From: Octopus sinensis
Lineage: Eukaryota
Length of the DNA: 64,000 nucleotides
Reading direction: 5' to 3'
NCBI RefSeq assembly: GCF_006345805.1
Contig: NW_021833278.1
Coordinates: 1 to 64,000, forward strand
Part shown: in pieces, positions 13,131-27,401 of the stretch
Position numbering within the stretch: position 1 is the first letter of the stretch
Layout: every line of letters begins with the position of its first letter
Program-made: the position numbers and the translations under genes
Notes under the pieces: model-generated
The model's input: only the letters and a program-made list of their open reading frames with translations
The model's database searches: none
What the model was told of the DNA's origin: nothing

Positions 13131-13279
13131 TCACACCAAAACGAGAACTAAACTGTAAATACTGTTTTTCCTTCTTATTTTCGCTTCGGCAAAAATACAT
13201 GAATTTTGTGAACATTTACACTTACCACAATGCCCTCACCGGAAGTTAAGCAACATGTCTGTGCGTGTGCGAATATATG

Positions 13280-14030
<751 letters not shown>

Positions 14031-14197
14031 TGCGTGTATAAACATTTCTGGCATGGTTGTTTCCTGAAGGGGATGAATTTGTGATCTATCGTGATAACAA
14101 ATTAGTTTTCATGTCATATCCATATCCATATATATATATATATATATATGCATAACTGCACACACGTACATATCGTATATAAGATATATATATATAC

Positions 14198-14256
<59 letters not shown>

Positions 14257-14680
14257 ATATAATATAAATGATATAATATAATATGATGTGATGTATGTGT
14301 GTGTGTGTGGTGTGTATGTATGTGGTGTGTGTGTGTGTATGTGTGTGTGTGTGGTATGTATTATTTTCATTTTGCAAGAGACATCCATTGAGAGATTTTG
14401 TTCCACGTAAAGCAAACAAAAAAAATAAAATAAAATAAAAAGAAACATGAAACATTGCCAAAAACAAACAATAAACAACACAGCCAGCAACAACAGCAAC
14501 AACAACAACAAGATGCTGCTGCTGATGAAGATGAGGATGATAATGATTGAGAACATCAAGCAAAAAAAAAAAAAAAAAAAAAACAAAAAAAAACTTGCCA
14601 GAGAGGAAAAACTAAAGGAACAACCAACAAACCAGAATGTGAACGAAGCAGAGAGTCATTATTTAAACCTCTAACATTGT

Positions 14681-14711
<31 letters not shown>

Positions 14712-14929
14712 CTTTGCGCTTGTTTGTAAGTGTGTGTGTGTGTATGTGTGTGTGTGTCATTGCGCGTGTTTGTAAGTGTGTGCTTGTGCGTGCGTGCATG
14801 TGTATGTGTTGTGGTTAGAACCACAATATACACACTTCAATATAATACATACTCATGCTCTTGTATATACACACACGCACACACACACAAACACACACAC
14901 ATACACACGCCATGATAGATCGCTAGCCA

Positions 14930-15110
14930 CTACACATTCTTTATTTTCTCTCCTTGTTTCTTTCTGTGTTCCTTTCTGTGGAAGAGCGTAGGCTCGAAAC
15001 GTTAACGACTTTTTCACTTCCCAAGCGTTATACTAATACATCTTTACCACCTGTCTATACCACCTGTCTCCGTCTTTTGATCTTTTTTTTTGTGAATTCT
15101 CCTTGTATGC

Positions 15111-15145
<35 letters not shown>

Positions 15146-15360
15146 TAATCCAAACAAGAAAGCCCCAAAAAACACAACAACGCGAGGACGTGGAACAAAT
15201 ATAGTATTATTGGACGCTCAGGAAAGAAGGAAAGAAGGAGGGTTTAACGTTTCGAGCGGAGCTCTTCGTTGGAAACATAGGAGAAGGAAAGATCCAGAGA
15301 AGGCAAAACAGAGGGAAAAAAAATCGACAACGGTACACACGAGGTCACATTTTGAATATA
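14930..15360. mobile_element. Two oppositely oriented short repeats in (TA)n tracts, each with a degenerate hammerhead-like motif (Penelope pLTR-like)
   Basis: gaagagcgtaggctcgaaacg (+, about 14981-15001) and gaagagctccgctcgaaacg (-, about 15249-15268); the first recurs at about 57540 and 57984. Confidence 0.5.
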
Positions 15361-15365
15361 TACAT

Positions 15366-15494
<129 letters not shown>

Positions 15495-15509
15495 ATATAC
15501 ATGTATATA

Positions 15510-15560
<51 letters not shown>

Positions 15561-15618
15561 TATATTCATCATCTGATGGAAACAAACAAGATTGTTTTCG
15601 ATGCGTTGAAATGTATTG

Positions 15619-15811
15619 TAGAACAAGTAGATAGATAAATTTTAATCAACGTGTAGATATTGAACAGTATATATATGTATAAAAGATAAAATCCCTTTTT
15701 CCTGCTTTTAAAAGAAAAAAAAATAAGGATTTTATCCTTTATACATTTATATACTGTTCAGTATCTACACGTTGATTAAAATTTATCTTTCTACTTGCTC
15801 TATGTATATGT
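15619..15811. repeat. ~190-bp imperfect palindrome
   Basis: Left arm tagaacaagtagatagataaattttaatcaacgtgtagatattgaacagtat... matches the reverse complement of ...atactgttcagtatctacacgttgattaaaatttatctttctacttgctcta. Confidence 0.9.
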
Positions 15812-15928
15812 ATATATATGTATATATATGTATATACATACAGTTCTATATTTAAGAGATGAGGAACTATGTACATTATTTACATTATTTACAATTGACG
15901 GATATTTGTACTCATCTTGTTTGTTGTT

Positions 15929-15974
15929 AACACAACGCTTCGGCTGATATATCCTCCAGCCTTCATCAGGTGTC
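15929..15974 (-). ncRNA. Minimal type-I hammerhead-ribozyme-like motif (GAAA mutated to GAAG)
   Basis: GACAC-CTGATGA-A-GGCTG-loop-CAGCC-GAAGC-GTT-GTGTT: stem I, core and stem II present, with a loop-less stem III (palindromic ACGT if GAAA is restored). Confidence 0.55.
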
Positions 15975-16039
15975 TTGGGGAAATTTCGAACCTTGGGTTC
16001 TCATTCCTAAGGTATTTTTCGATGCTGTTGTTGTTGTCG

Positions 16040-16075
<36 letters not shown>

Positions 16076-16102
16076 ACACCACCATCATCATTATTATTAT
16101 TA

Positions 16103-16156
<54 letters not shown>

Positions 16157-16211
16157 TATTATTATTATATTATTATTATTATTATTATTATTATCATTAT
16201 TATTATCATTA

Positions 16212-16288
16212 TTCAGATCACTGCCTCGAATCGAACTCGAAATCTTGGGGTTAGTAGGCTGCGCTCTTAACCACTACGCCATATGCCC
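16212..16288 (-). mobile_element. tRNA-like SINE head followed by an (AAT)n tract
   Basis: A box TGGCGTAGTGG and B box GTTCGATTC; does not fold into a complete cloverleaf. Confidence 0.7.
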
Positions 16289-17153
16289 TTGGGCATATGG
16301 CGTAATAGTTAAGAGTCTCCTGAGGCTAAATTACAGCAACATTCGTCCTAAACCAGGACTGCCATGTTATGCTGGCAAATGATCTTTACTCTAGAGTACT
16401 GTTGCTGAATATTTCCCGTTGGAAGATTTACTAAAAGTAATTTTCCATAGTATGAAAAAAGGTGTTGACGCATCTTCTGTTTTTTGCGTTTGTCTTCATC
16501 TTATCTTTTACTTCTTCCTTTGAAAAGTTCAATTCCGGTGGTAACAGAGTGAAACTATTTGAAAAGGTTCTGGCCACCAGTTTCCCCACAATCTTATATC
16601 GATGTTAGCCATTCTGAAAGTTGAATTTAGCTGGTCTTTGTAATGGCAGAAAGGACAACATCGTACTCCTTGTTCCTTTCGCCCTTCATAGATGAGATGA
16701 TCGATTTCATCTTAATATTCTTTTGTCATCGAAAAGACTAAAAGCAGACTAAAACGTGTACATAAAACTGCTTGTACATCGCTTCTAAGTCTCTTAGCTA
16801 CAAAGCCAAGTATTCCAGAAACAAGCAAGAGCAGGATCGTGGCTTCGCAACGGGCGGTTGTGATTTCCGAATTTCCTTCTTTTCGAGTAATATCTAAAGA
16901 AAGACTCAACGCCCACGACTCCCAGTTGTTGGATGGTCATTGACTCTCCTGAGCTTATCCATCCTTTGACAGGTTTTGTCTTTCATTCTACAGGATGGCT
17001 TGGTAGGGCTATCGGTTTAGTCGCCGATGGCCCGGCCATGGGATAGTCTGTACTGCGTTATGGGTAGCACTAAGAGTGACCCGAGACACACACACACACA
17101 CACACACACCACACACACACACAGACTTATACACATAATATAATACATAAAAT

Positions 17154-17515
17154 AGGCGACGGGCTGGCGGAAATGTTAGCGCGCTGGGCGAAATGCTTAG
17201 CGGTATTTCGTCTGCCACTACGTTCTGAGTTCAAATTCCGCTGAGGTCGACTTTGCCTTTCATCCTTTCGGGGTCGATTAAATAGGTACCAGTTACGCAC
17301 TGGAGTCGATGTAATCGACTTGATCCGTTTGTCTCCTCTGTGTTTAGCCCCTTGTGGGTAGTAAAGAAATAGGTATTTCGTCTGTTTTTACGTTCTGAAT
17401 TCAAATTCCGCCGAGGTCGACTTTCGGGGTCGATAAATAAAGTACCAGCTGTGTACTGGGGTCGATGTAATCGACTGGCCCCCTCCCCCAAAATTTGGGG
17501 CCTTGTGCCTCGAGC
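17154..17515 (+). mobile_element. SINE family B with internal head-to-tail re-entry
   Basis: Head at 17154; the tail rejoins the body at aaagaaataggtatttcgtc (about 17363-17382). Confidence 0.8.
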
Positions 17516-18133
17516 AGAAAAATATATAATGCATATAATATATATAGTTACGTGTATGCATATATATATGATGCTGTTATGATGAGAATATTTTCATAAT
17601 GTATTCCCCCCCCCAAAAAAAAGTGCATCAAATAATAGCTAGAAAAAAATTTATTCCAAATGGGAAAGTAATTCAAAATATAATAGATTTGTTAGGTTTT
17701 TTATATGTTTTCCACGTTTCTCTTACACGTCTTAGCTATACATTTTTCATAAATAATACGATAGACGTATTGTAGTTTTTTCTTGCCGGCATTTTTCTTT
17801 GCCATCAACCGTATCATAGTTTCGTCAACACGCTCAATAATTCAGTTATGTGGCGTTATGATAATGCCGAGCAGAAACCACCCGGCGAGAGGGTGGCTGT
17901 GATTGTTTTCTGCTCGTGTGTTCAATAAATATTTAGCTAATTCCATTGTGAAAATATAACCCGTGGATAAAACAATACTATAGCTTTAGGTTATATCTTC
18001 ACAGCGCTACTAAATATTTCTTTATTGAGGATATCAAGTATCATTTGAATTTTCACAAATACATAAACATATATTTGGCTGTGACGTCTTCTCATCGACT
18101 TGGAGGCTTTATATGTATATATATATATATATG

Positions 18134-18186
<53 letters not shown>

Positions 18187-18301
18187 ATACAGAGAGACAG
18201 AGAGAAAGAGAGACAAACAAATAAACAGATATAGTACATATAGGTATATCCACGTATATACATTATATACATTTATTTATGTATGTACACACACACACAT
18301 A

Positions 18302-18332
<31 letters not shown>

Positions 18333-18384
18333 CACAACACACACACACACACACACACACATACACACACATACACATATATAA

Positions 18385-19211
18385 GCAAGGTGCGATGAGT
18401 ATATTGTCGTCTATATTACGCAAAAATGAGAATAACACTGACATCTCATTTTAACAGATATATTTACCAAAATTGCATAAAAATATCTTGAAATACCAAA
18501 GAGCAAATGTATTCAATAAAATCGCCATCAGCTTCAACCACGGCCTTCAGACGCCTTCGGAATCTCTTGCATCTCTTCTGGACAGTCTCCTTGGTTATGT
18601 TGGTGAATGCTGCCATAATCTTTGCCTTCAGTTCATATTTGGTGTTACAAGGAATTTTGTCGGTCTCTCGCCCCACACACAGTAATCAAGGGGGTTGCAG
18701 TCTGGGGAGTTAGGTGGCCAAAATGTTAGTGGAAATTGTCTGACAGCCATGACTGGGTTCCCCTGCTTGTATGGCGTGGTGCAGAATCCTGTTGCCACAC
18801 ATAGGGTGTTCCAGCAGCCACCCTCTTGACCCAGGCACTTGATGTACGACTCTGTGTTGAGTCTGAGGCCGTGTGGGAAGATGAATGGAGACATAACATT
18901 GCCATCACTAGTGATCACTCCAAACACCATGATGCTGATTGGCTGTTCGATTTTTATCACTCTTGGTACATGTTTTGGGGACACGGCAAGCCAACGGTTG
19001 TTCTGTGTGTTCCCCATCTGTTCATATTGGAGCTTCTGGTCCGAATGCCAATCATTACAGCATGTCATTTCCAAATTTCTGGCAGAGTGAATTGCACCAT
19101 GGTGCTGTTTTTCTCGCAGGCGGTGCCCAACTGACCCTACTATACTGTGTAGTCGATAAAATCAAAAACAAACAATGCGCACGCGTGAAATTTACCCATC
19201 GCATCCTGTAT
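18385..19211 (-). pseudogene. Internally deleted Tc1/mariner (maT/DD37D-like) transposon relic
   Basis: Frameshifted fragments: IMVFGVITSDGNVMSPFIFPHGLRLNTESY, YVWQQDSAPRHTS, FWPPNSPDCNPLDYCVWG, CKRFRRRLKAVVEADGDFIE. Imperfect TIRs caaggtgcgatgagtatatt and aatttacccatcgcatcctg. Confidence 0.85.
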
Positions 19212-19819
19212 ATACTGACATCTCAAAAATAAATAAGCATCATTCATTATACCCACTTCTTTGTCTGGGGCTTCGAAAGATGTTGATGTATTATTATAAG
19301 ATATTATGGGATTATAGGAGATCAAATGCTCACAGCAAAAAGCCGTGCTGCGAACACAAGAAACAAAATTGTATTGTGAGTCAACCTGAAGGTGGACTTA
19401 GTACAAAGAGTGTACAGAACCTTGGAATTCCTCTTGCTATAGTTAACAGAGCGATTGTACAAACAAATAACCAGTAAAAGAAAGGATTCAACAAGTTCCA
19501 GCTCAGGTTGACCATGGCCTTCTGATCAAAATGTTGTTCAACATGTGGTATGCAGCCGAGTCAGAAATTTCGCAGGAGATAATTTCTGAACTTATTAGTT
19601 CGATACCCAAACGGGTTTAATCACTGAGAACTGCACAAGGAATATTTTGGTTCTAGACACTATTTTGGTTCTAGACAGAAACTGTTAAAAATGGCGTCTA
19701 TTTACTTTTGGCATGTCTGTGTATGTATTTTGTAAAAAGGATTTGTTTGTCTCTGCCAAAGATGAAAGACGAACCGCCATTAATCATATACTACAGAGCG
19801 TGATTTAGAACACACGTAT

Positions 19820-19864
<45 letters not shown>

Positions 19865-22089
19865 TATTAATGTAACACAGTAACTTAAAACCTAGTGAAG
19901 CTACCAGTCTTGCTCAAATTCCCGCCAGAGTTCTGACGGGAATTTGAGCATTCGCCAGCCTTCTTTGCTTCGCTATATTTTTCCATACCAGAGGAATATT
20001 GCATCTGTTTCGTAGACATAAAAGGAGACTTCAAAAAGGATATATTTCCTTATTGGACGTCATCAGAAATGAATTGAGGTCACCAGGCCACAAACAACTT
20101 GCAAAACAATCAGATCGAATGTGAAATCATTCCGATCAAATTATAACACAGGTGATAACCCCGACACAATCTTTTTTCTCAAGGAACAACCAGCTTTCTG
20201 TAGGCCACGGATGTATGTGTCATGGTTGTCACATGAAAGGAGCTTAAAACTGAAGATGTAGAATAATGTAGGTGTCTTTGACACCTCAAAATACAAATAA
20301 ATAAAAAATAAAACTCAGTGAAAACTAGCGACTGATTGAAGATCAAACGGATAAAATTCCATGATATAAACATTGACAATGTATTTACGCATTATTGCTG
20401 TTGCCAAATCGGCTCTGATTTAGGTAGATCTATGGTCACGGGTATTGCAGCTGGGACTATTTCGTGTTTTATTGGGATAGGGAATAAATTGAGGGATTAT
20501 TTGGCTATTGTTTTCAGAAGATTAACGTATTATACGTTATTGTGATTATTTAGCACCAAACCAGCTCTGATCCGGCAAACCTATTTTGTTCAGGTCTCAA
20601 TATAATCGTTAATATTGACCCCCTGGGGAAAGGTTTATGTGGCTATCCAAGGGGTTGATTTTCCAACAATATCAACATAATATAACGGAATTTTTATTGT
20701 TATTTATCAATTTCGTTAAGTATTTTCATTAATTTTTTAAAAATTATTTCTTATTGAAATCGATAATGACACAAAAGAATGAAGAAATTAATGTTTTTAA
20801 ATGAAGAAAATATTTTTATTAATTGTAATTTTTAACGATTCCACGAAAGGGGTCAAGATATAAGCCTGCTGACCCCTTATTTTGTGTATCTTTCCCTAAA
20901 ACGGTAGTGCATACTTTAAGGGTTATTTGGCTACCGTTTCTAGCAAATCACAATATCTATGAAATCGTGTTGTTCTTTAGCCCCAGGCCGGCTCTGAGGA
21001 AGTACACCAATGATCAAAGGTGTTTCAATAGGAAACACACTCTTGTTTATTCAGGTAGATATTTTCTCCGCACGTCTACGGAAACACATAATTGAAAATA
21101 TTTTTAACTTCTATGGATGCACATACTCGAACATAACATCAGTTTTGCATTGTGGAATCATTAGAAACACATTAGTTTTTAGGATTTTAGCTCTTATTTC
21201 TAGCAATATAGGTGTTTACAACACCCAAGACATATTTAGTAACAATCATTGTTTACCTGTGTGTGTGTGTGTATAGATACGTGTGCATGTATGTATATAT
21301 GCATTTATGTACACACAAATATATGATGCTTTTGTCTCTCGTCATATGCATGTGTATATCTAGGTACGCTTGCACGTAACTAACGGTCTGAGCATGTCTG
21401 TAACGTATATCTATGGAAGTGTATATGTGTGTGTGTGTTTGCGCGCCGCGTGCGTCTGTCTGTCTGTGTATGTGTATACGCTCATGGATTCGTATATATT
21501 CATACATCGTGTAATGATGCTAAGCTTGTACAGAAACAAATGCAACACGATTTCACATCTTCAAGAAGGCGGTCAACTGCGGAAGAGAAGCAGAGAGAGA
21601 GAGAAAGAGAGAGAGCGAAAAAAAAAACAACGAAAAAGACATTGCAAAACACTGCCAGGTGACGCTCGGATATAGAACCGTGTTGGATGGATAGGCATTT
21701 CAAGAGCAACGGAATTGGACATTAAGAGATGCTTATTTACTAAAACAATACTTACCGTTCGCTAGGAGACGCTCGCCAGTTCCGTTAGAACGCGGGGTGT
21801 TTACTTGAGCAAGTTTAGCAACGATCTTTTTTATCTCTTCCTTCAGACGCCTCCAGAAATCTCCTTCATTCCAAGAAATCGCTTCGTAGAATTCATTTAT
21901 TTTAACACCACTCTTGTTTGTCTTTCTGTCTATTCTTACCGATTCGACCACGGCTGTCATCTGATTTTGTATGTATGTATGTCTGTCTGTATATATGTGT
22001 TAGTCTGTCTCTCTCTGCTCGTATAAATGCATGTGTTTATAAATGTATGTATGTATAAATATATGTATTATGTCTGTATATATGTGTGT

Positions 22090-22500
22090 GTGTGTGTATA
22101 AGTATATGTGTGTGTGTATAAGTATATGTGTGTGTGTCTAAGTTTATGTGTGTGTGTCTTTATGTATGTACGGAGTTATGTGTCTGTGTGTATAAGTTTA
22201 CGTGTGTGTGTCTTTATGTATGTACGGAGTTATGTGTGTGTGTATAAGTTTATGTGTGTGTGTCTTTATGTATGTACGGAGTTATGTGTCTGTGTGTATA
22301 AGTTTACGTGTGTGTGTCTTTATGTATGTACGGAGTTATGTGTGTGTGTATAAGTTTACGTGTGTGTGTCTTTATGTATGTACGGAGTTATGTGTGTGTG
22401 TATAAGTTTACGTGTGTGTATCTTTATGTATGTACGGAGTTATGTGTGTGTGTATAAGTTTATGTGTGTGTGTCTATGTATGTACGGAGTTACGTGCATG
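22090..22500. repeat. ~52-bp minisatellite x7 built on a GT-rich scaffold
   Basis: cggagtta at 22171, 22225, 22277, 22331, 22383, 22435 and 22485. Confidence 0.9.
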
Positions 22501-23119
22501 TATCAAGTGTATGTATTTATATATCTATAAATGTATAAATGTATGTATATATTATGGCTATATGTACGCTTTTATGGATATTAAATGCATGTATATATAT
22601 ATATAAATGTATATATATGTATATGTATATATATATGAGTGTGTGTGTGCGTCTGTGTATGCTTTTTATATTCGTTTTTATTGACAAATTTTCATGTATG
22701 TTATATATACACAAATATATATATATATATATACACACAAATAAATGCCTGTTATCATCATATACAATATATATATGTGTGGTTGTATGTACGCATAGAA
22801 TGTATAGGCAGCGATTAGGCCCAGTCTATAGAGAGCCTGGCAATATTCGTTGAGACAGTCTCGAAGATCTAAGTTCAAATACTGCCGAGGTCAACTTCGT
22901 CTTTCATGCTTTCTGGGTACTGTGTTTGGGTCGGTTCCTGCTTTGCTTTGTTTGTTTATCTCTATGTCATTTTCTAGCAGAAAACGGGTAGGTTCAGAGC
23001 TGCAGAAGGACAGGTTCCGCAGTGTCTTAAACGTGGTCCAGTTAACCAGTGTAACGTCACGTTGTCCTCACGATACCATTAATAATTGAGGCTGCAGGAC
23101 AAGGCAATGTGCATATATA

Positions 23120-23502
23120 TCTCTCTCTATATAAACGGCAGTTTGTCTGTCGTGTTTCTGTGTGTCTGTTTGCTTGTACCCTCACCCTGACCACGGCTTT
23201 CAACCGATTCTGATGAAACTTGACACACACATAGCCCAATGTCATAATTCAAAACTAACGTAGCGAAAATTTTGAAAAGTTCCCCCAGTTCTGAAAAAAA
23301 TCGATAAATTCGACATGGGGTCGAGAATCAGAAACACAAACCGCAAACTGTCTAGGGGACGCAGCTCCACCTTTTTTCACTCTCAAAAAGAATTTACCAT
23401 CATTTTTTTCCATTTTTTTGCTATTTTTTGGCTATAACTCTCTAAAAATGCTTTATAGTTATTTCCCTTACAAACCTGAGCAACGCCGGGCGATACTGCT
23501 AG
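23120..23502 (+). mobile_element. Non-autonomous Helitron/Helentron-like element
   Basis: 5' TC(T)CTATATAAACGGC; 3' GC-rich mini-hairpin gcaacgccgggcgatactgc then CTAG|T; internal tctg repeats. Confidence 0.55.
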
Positions 23503-23902
23503 TTATAAATACATGTATACACAAACACATACACACACACACACATCCTTTAGAGATTAGTGGTTCTGATGAATCTTCAATATATTGAGATATCTGTAGA
23601 ATTTCTTGTTTATATTGTATTATAGATGTTCTCTTTGATATTGTCATATTCTGTTTGCAATCTTGTTTTGCTTATATATGTATGTATATATGTATGTATG
23701 TATATATATATATATATATATTTACACACACACACACACACTCACACATATACATACATACTTACATATATATATATTGATAAAAAGGGTAAGATAACAA
23801 AAGAAAGAAAGAGACCTCGATATTATGTAATTAGAAGAATTTATCTGTAAATGTAATGTGACAATTATTCGGTAGCCATATATATATATATATGTGTGTG
23901 TG

Positions 23903-23951
<49 letters not shown>

Positions 23952-24149
23952 TGTGTGTGTGTGTAAGATTATTCTTCAAATTCTTTCAATAAAGACAGGA
24001 TGCTAATTAAAACAAAAACCAAAACAAAACCAATAAAAAAACAGAAAAGGAATCTTAGATTGTTCATTGGTATCAATCAAAGACAACAGTGTACAAATAA
24101 TATCAGCAGATTCAGAAATGTCTTTTATATGTCTTCAGCGTCTCGCATA

Positions 24150-24660
24150 ATGGCAGAGTTTCTTCTGGTCCTTCACGTTTTGAGTTCAAATTCCACCGAG
24201 GTCAACTTTGCCTTTCATCCTTTCTAGGTCGATAAAATAAATACCAGTTAAGCACTGGGGTCGATGTAATCGAATAGACCCCTCCCCACAAATTTCAGGA
24301 CTTGTGCCTATAGAAGAAAGGATTATTATTAGGGTGGTGCGTTGGCAGAGTCATTAGGCCGTCGGACAAAATGCTTAGCGTCATTTCTTCCGGAACTTTA
24401 CGTTCTGAGTTCAAATACCGCCGGGGTCGACTTTACCTTTCACACTCTCGGAATCGATGAAATAAGTACCATTTGAGCAATGGTGAGGTGGCCTGGGGGA
24501 GGGGTGTGATCGATGTAATCGAATAGCCCCTTCCCCTCAAAATTGGTGCCCGTGTTCAAATTCCACTGGCGTCAGCTTTGTCTTTCATCTCCTTGGGGGT
24601 CGATAAAATAATTACCAGTCAAATACAGACATTGATGTGATTGAGTTGTCCCCTCTCCGA
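24150..24660 (+). mobile_element. Cluster of partial or degenerate SINE family B copies
   Basis: Repeated gttc(t)gagttcaaat / gtcgatgtaatcga blocks. Confidence 0.7.
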
Positions 24661-24733
24661 AAAACAGCTAACCATGTACAAAAGTTTTAATCTCTCTCTC
24701 TCCCTCTCTCTCTCTCTCTCTGTATATATCTAT

Positions 24734-24780
<47 letters not shown>

Positions 24781-24814
24781 CATATATATACATATATACA
24801 TCTTTTACATCTTT

Positions 24815-25212
24815 TATTTGTTTCAGTCATTTGACTGCGTCTATGCTGGAGCACCGCCTTTAGTCGAGCAAATCGACCCCAGGACTTATTCTTTGTAAGC
24901 CTAGTACTTATTCTATCGGTCGTTTTTGCCGGACCACTAAGTTACGGGACGCAAACACACCAACATCGGTTGTCAAGCGATGTTGGGGAACAAACACAGA
25001 CACGCACACACACACACACATATATATATATATAATATATATATACATACGACGGGCTTCTTTCAGTTTCCGTCTACCAAATTCACTAACAAGGCTTTGG
25101 TCGGCCCGAGGCTATAGTAGAAGACACTTACCTAAGGTGCCACGCAGTGAGATTGAACCCGGAACCATGTGGTTGGTAAGCAAGCTACTTACCACACAGC
25201 CACTCCTGCGGC
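24815..25212 (-). mobile_element. SINE family A
   Basis: Reverse complement of 4269-4672. Confidence 0.85.
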
Positions 25213-25380
25213 TACATATATATATATATTACCGAAGAGTCCCAATAAATGAACGCTAGCGCTAAATAAAGAATTATCCAAAATTCTGACTGCTACCATT
25301 TTTTAATATACAAAATCACTGCTAAAAATCTATACATACATACATACATACATACATACATACATACATACATACATACA

Positions 25381-25412
<32 letters not shown>

Positions 25413-25462
25413 CAGATATATACATACATACATATACAGATATATACATACAGACAGACTGG

Positions 25463-25514
<52 letters not shown>

Positions 25515-25789
25515 AAGAGATACATATCTGTGGGTATCTGCCTTTGTGTTTGTCCCCTAAACTGGTATCGACAACTAGTGTTGGTTTGTTTACGTCCCCG
25601 TAACCTACAAGTTCGGTAAAAGGGACCAACAAAATAAATATCAGGCAGGGGTTGATGATTTGTCCGACTAAAACCTTTCAAGGCGGTGCCCAACATGGCC
25701 GCAGTCCAATAACTGAAATAAGCAAATGATAAAAGATACTTGTAAATTCAATTGACCAAACAACTGAATCCTCATTGTCGAGCGACGGA

Positions 25790-26645
25790 GACCCATAACC
25801 AGTCTTACATTGCAATGAATTTTGAGGACTATTGCCCCACGATCTCGAAGTGAAAATCTCTTCAGAAGGAATGATTATTTGTATGACCCATAACCAGTCT
25901 TACATTGCAATGAATTTTGAGGACTATTGCCCCACGATCTCGAAGTGAAAATCTCTTCAGAAGGAATGATTATTTGTATGACCCATAACCAGTCTTACAT
26001 TGTAATGAATTTTGAGGACTTTTGTCCCACGATCTCGAAGTGAACATCTCTTCAGAAGGAATGATTATTTGTATGACCCATAACCAGTCTTACATTGCAA
26101 TGAATTTTGAGGACTATTACCCCACGATCTCGAAGTGAAAATCTCTTCAGAAGGAATGATCATTTGTATGACCCATAACCAGTCTTACATTGTAATGAAT
26201 TTTGAGGACTATTGCCCAACGATCTCGAAGTGAAAATCTCTTCAGAAGGAATGATCATTTGTATGACCCATAACCAGTCTTACATTGTAATGAATTTTGA
26301 GGACTATTGTCCCACGATCTCGAAGTGAAAATCTCTTCAGAAGGAATGATTATTTGTATGACCCATAACCAGTCTTACATTGCAATGAATTTTGAGGACT
26401 ATTGCCCAACGATCTCGAAGTGAAAAATCTCATCAGAAGGAATGATTATTTGTATGACCCATAACCAGTCTTACATTGTAATAAATTTTGAGAACTTTTG
26501 CCCCACGATCTCGAAGTGAAAATCTCTTCAGAAGGAATGATTATTTGTATGACCCATAACCAGTCTTACATTGTAATAAATTTTGAGAACTTTTGCCCCA
26601 CGATCTCGAAGTGAAAATCTCTTCAGAAGGAATGATCATTTGCAT
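25790..26645. repeat. 95-bp minisatellite x9
   Basis: gacccataacc at 25790, 25885, 25980, 26075, 26170, 26265, 26360, 26456 and 26551. Confidence 0.95.
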
Positions 26646-26992
26646 GCTTGTTAACAATCGCTAAAGCTAGCTTAACGTCTACAGTTCACAATAGAAGCTG
26701 ATCGCCACATAAGACTACGGGATCTCAGTCATGTCTGCGTATTGTTCGCATTGTTCTAGTCACCAGAACACAGCGTGAACCCGTCAGAAGAATCGGTAGA
26801 CTATCCAAGTTCTCAGCAAGACGGCACAAACGATTGATGCGAAGGCGATGTTTTCGGCGAGAAGATATCAACCCTCTCCCTCCCTCCGTTCCGTCTACAA
26901 TTCATTCCACTCGAAATTTTACATTTGTGCCATGTGTGTGTGTGTGTATGTGTGTGTATGTATGTGTGTGTGTGTATATATATATATGTATA

Positions 26993-27040
<48 letters not shown>

Positions 27041-27179
27041 ATAATCTATCTTATCTATATAGGTGGCATATCTTATCTATCTATCTAAATCTATATCTAT
27101 CTATCTATCTATCTATCTACCTATATATATATATACATACATATATATATATATACTTATGTGTGTGTGCGTGCGTGTG

Positions 27180-27221
<42 letters not shown>

Positions 27222-27248
27222 TAATACATATATTTATGTATATATGTG

Positions 27249-27360
<112 letters not shown>

Positions 27361-27361
27361 C

Positions 27362-27401
<40 letters not shown>

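Noticed and set aside
16212-16288. Possible tRNA gene
   Set aside because: Has A/B boxes but no acceptor-stem closure, and is followed by an AAT tract; treated as a SINE head.
16330-17000. Coding-like unique stretch, possibly a decayed LINE
   Set aside because: Many stops in all frames and no diagnostic motif that I can support.
19643-19677. 18-bp direct duplication (similar one at about 62768-62806)
   Set aside because: Ordinary slippage-type microduplication.
25790-26645. CRISPR-like array
   Set aside because: The units are contiguous with no unique spacers, and the context is eukaryotic.
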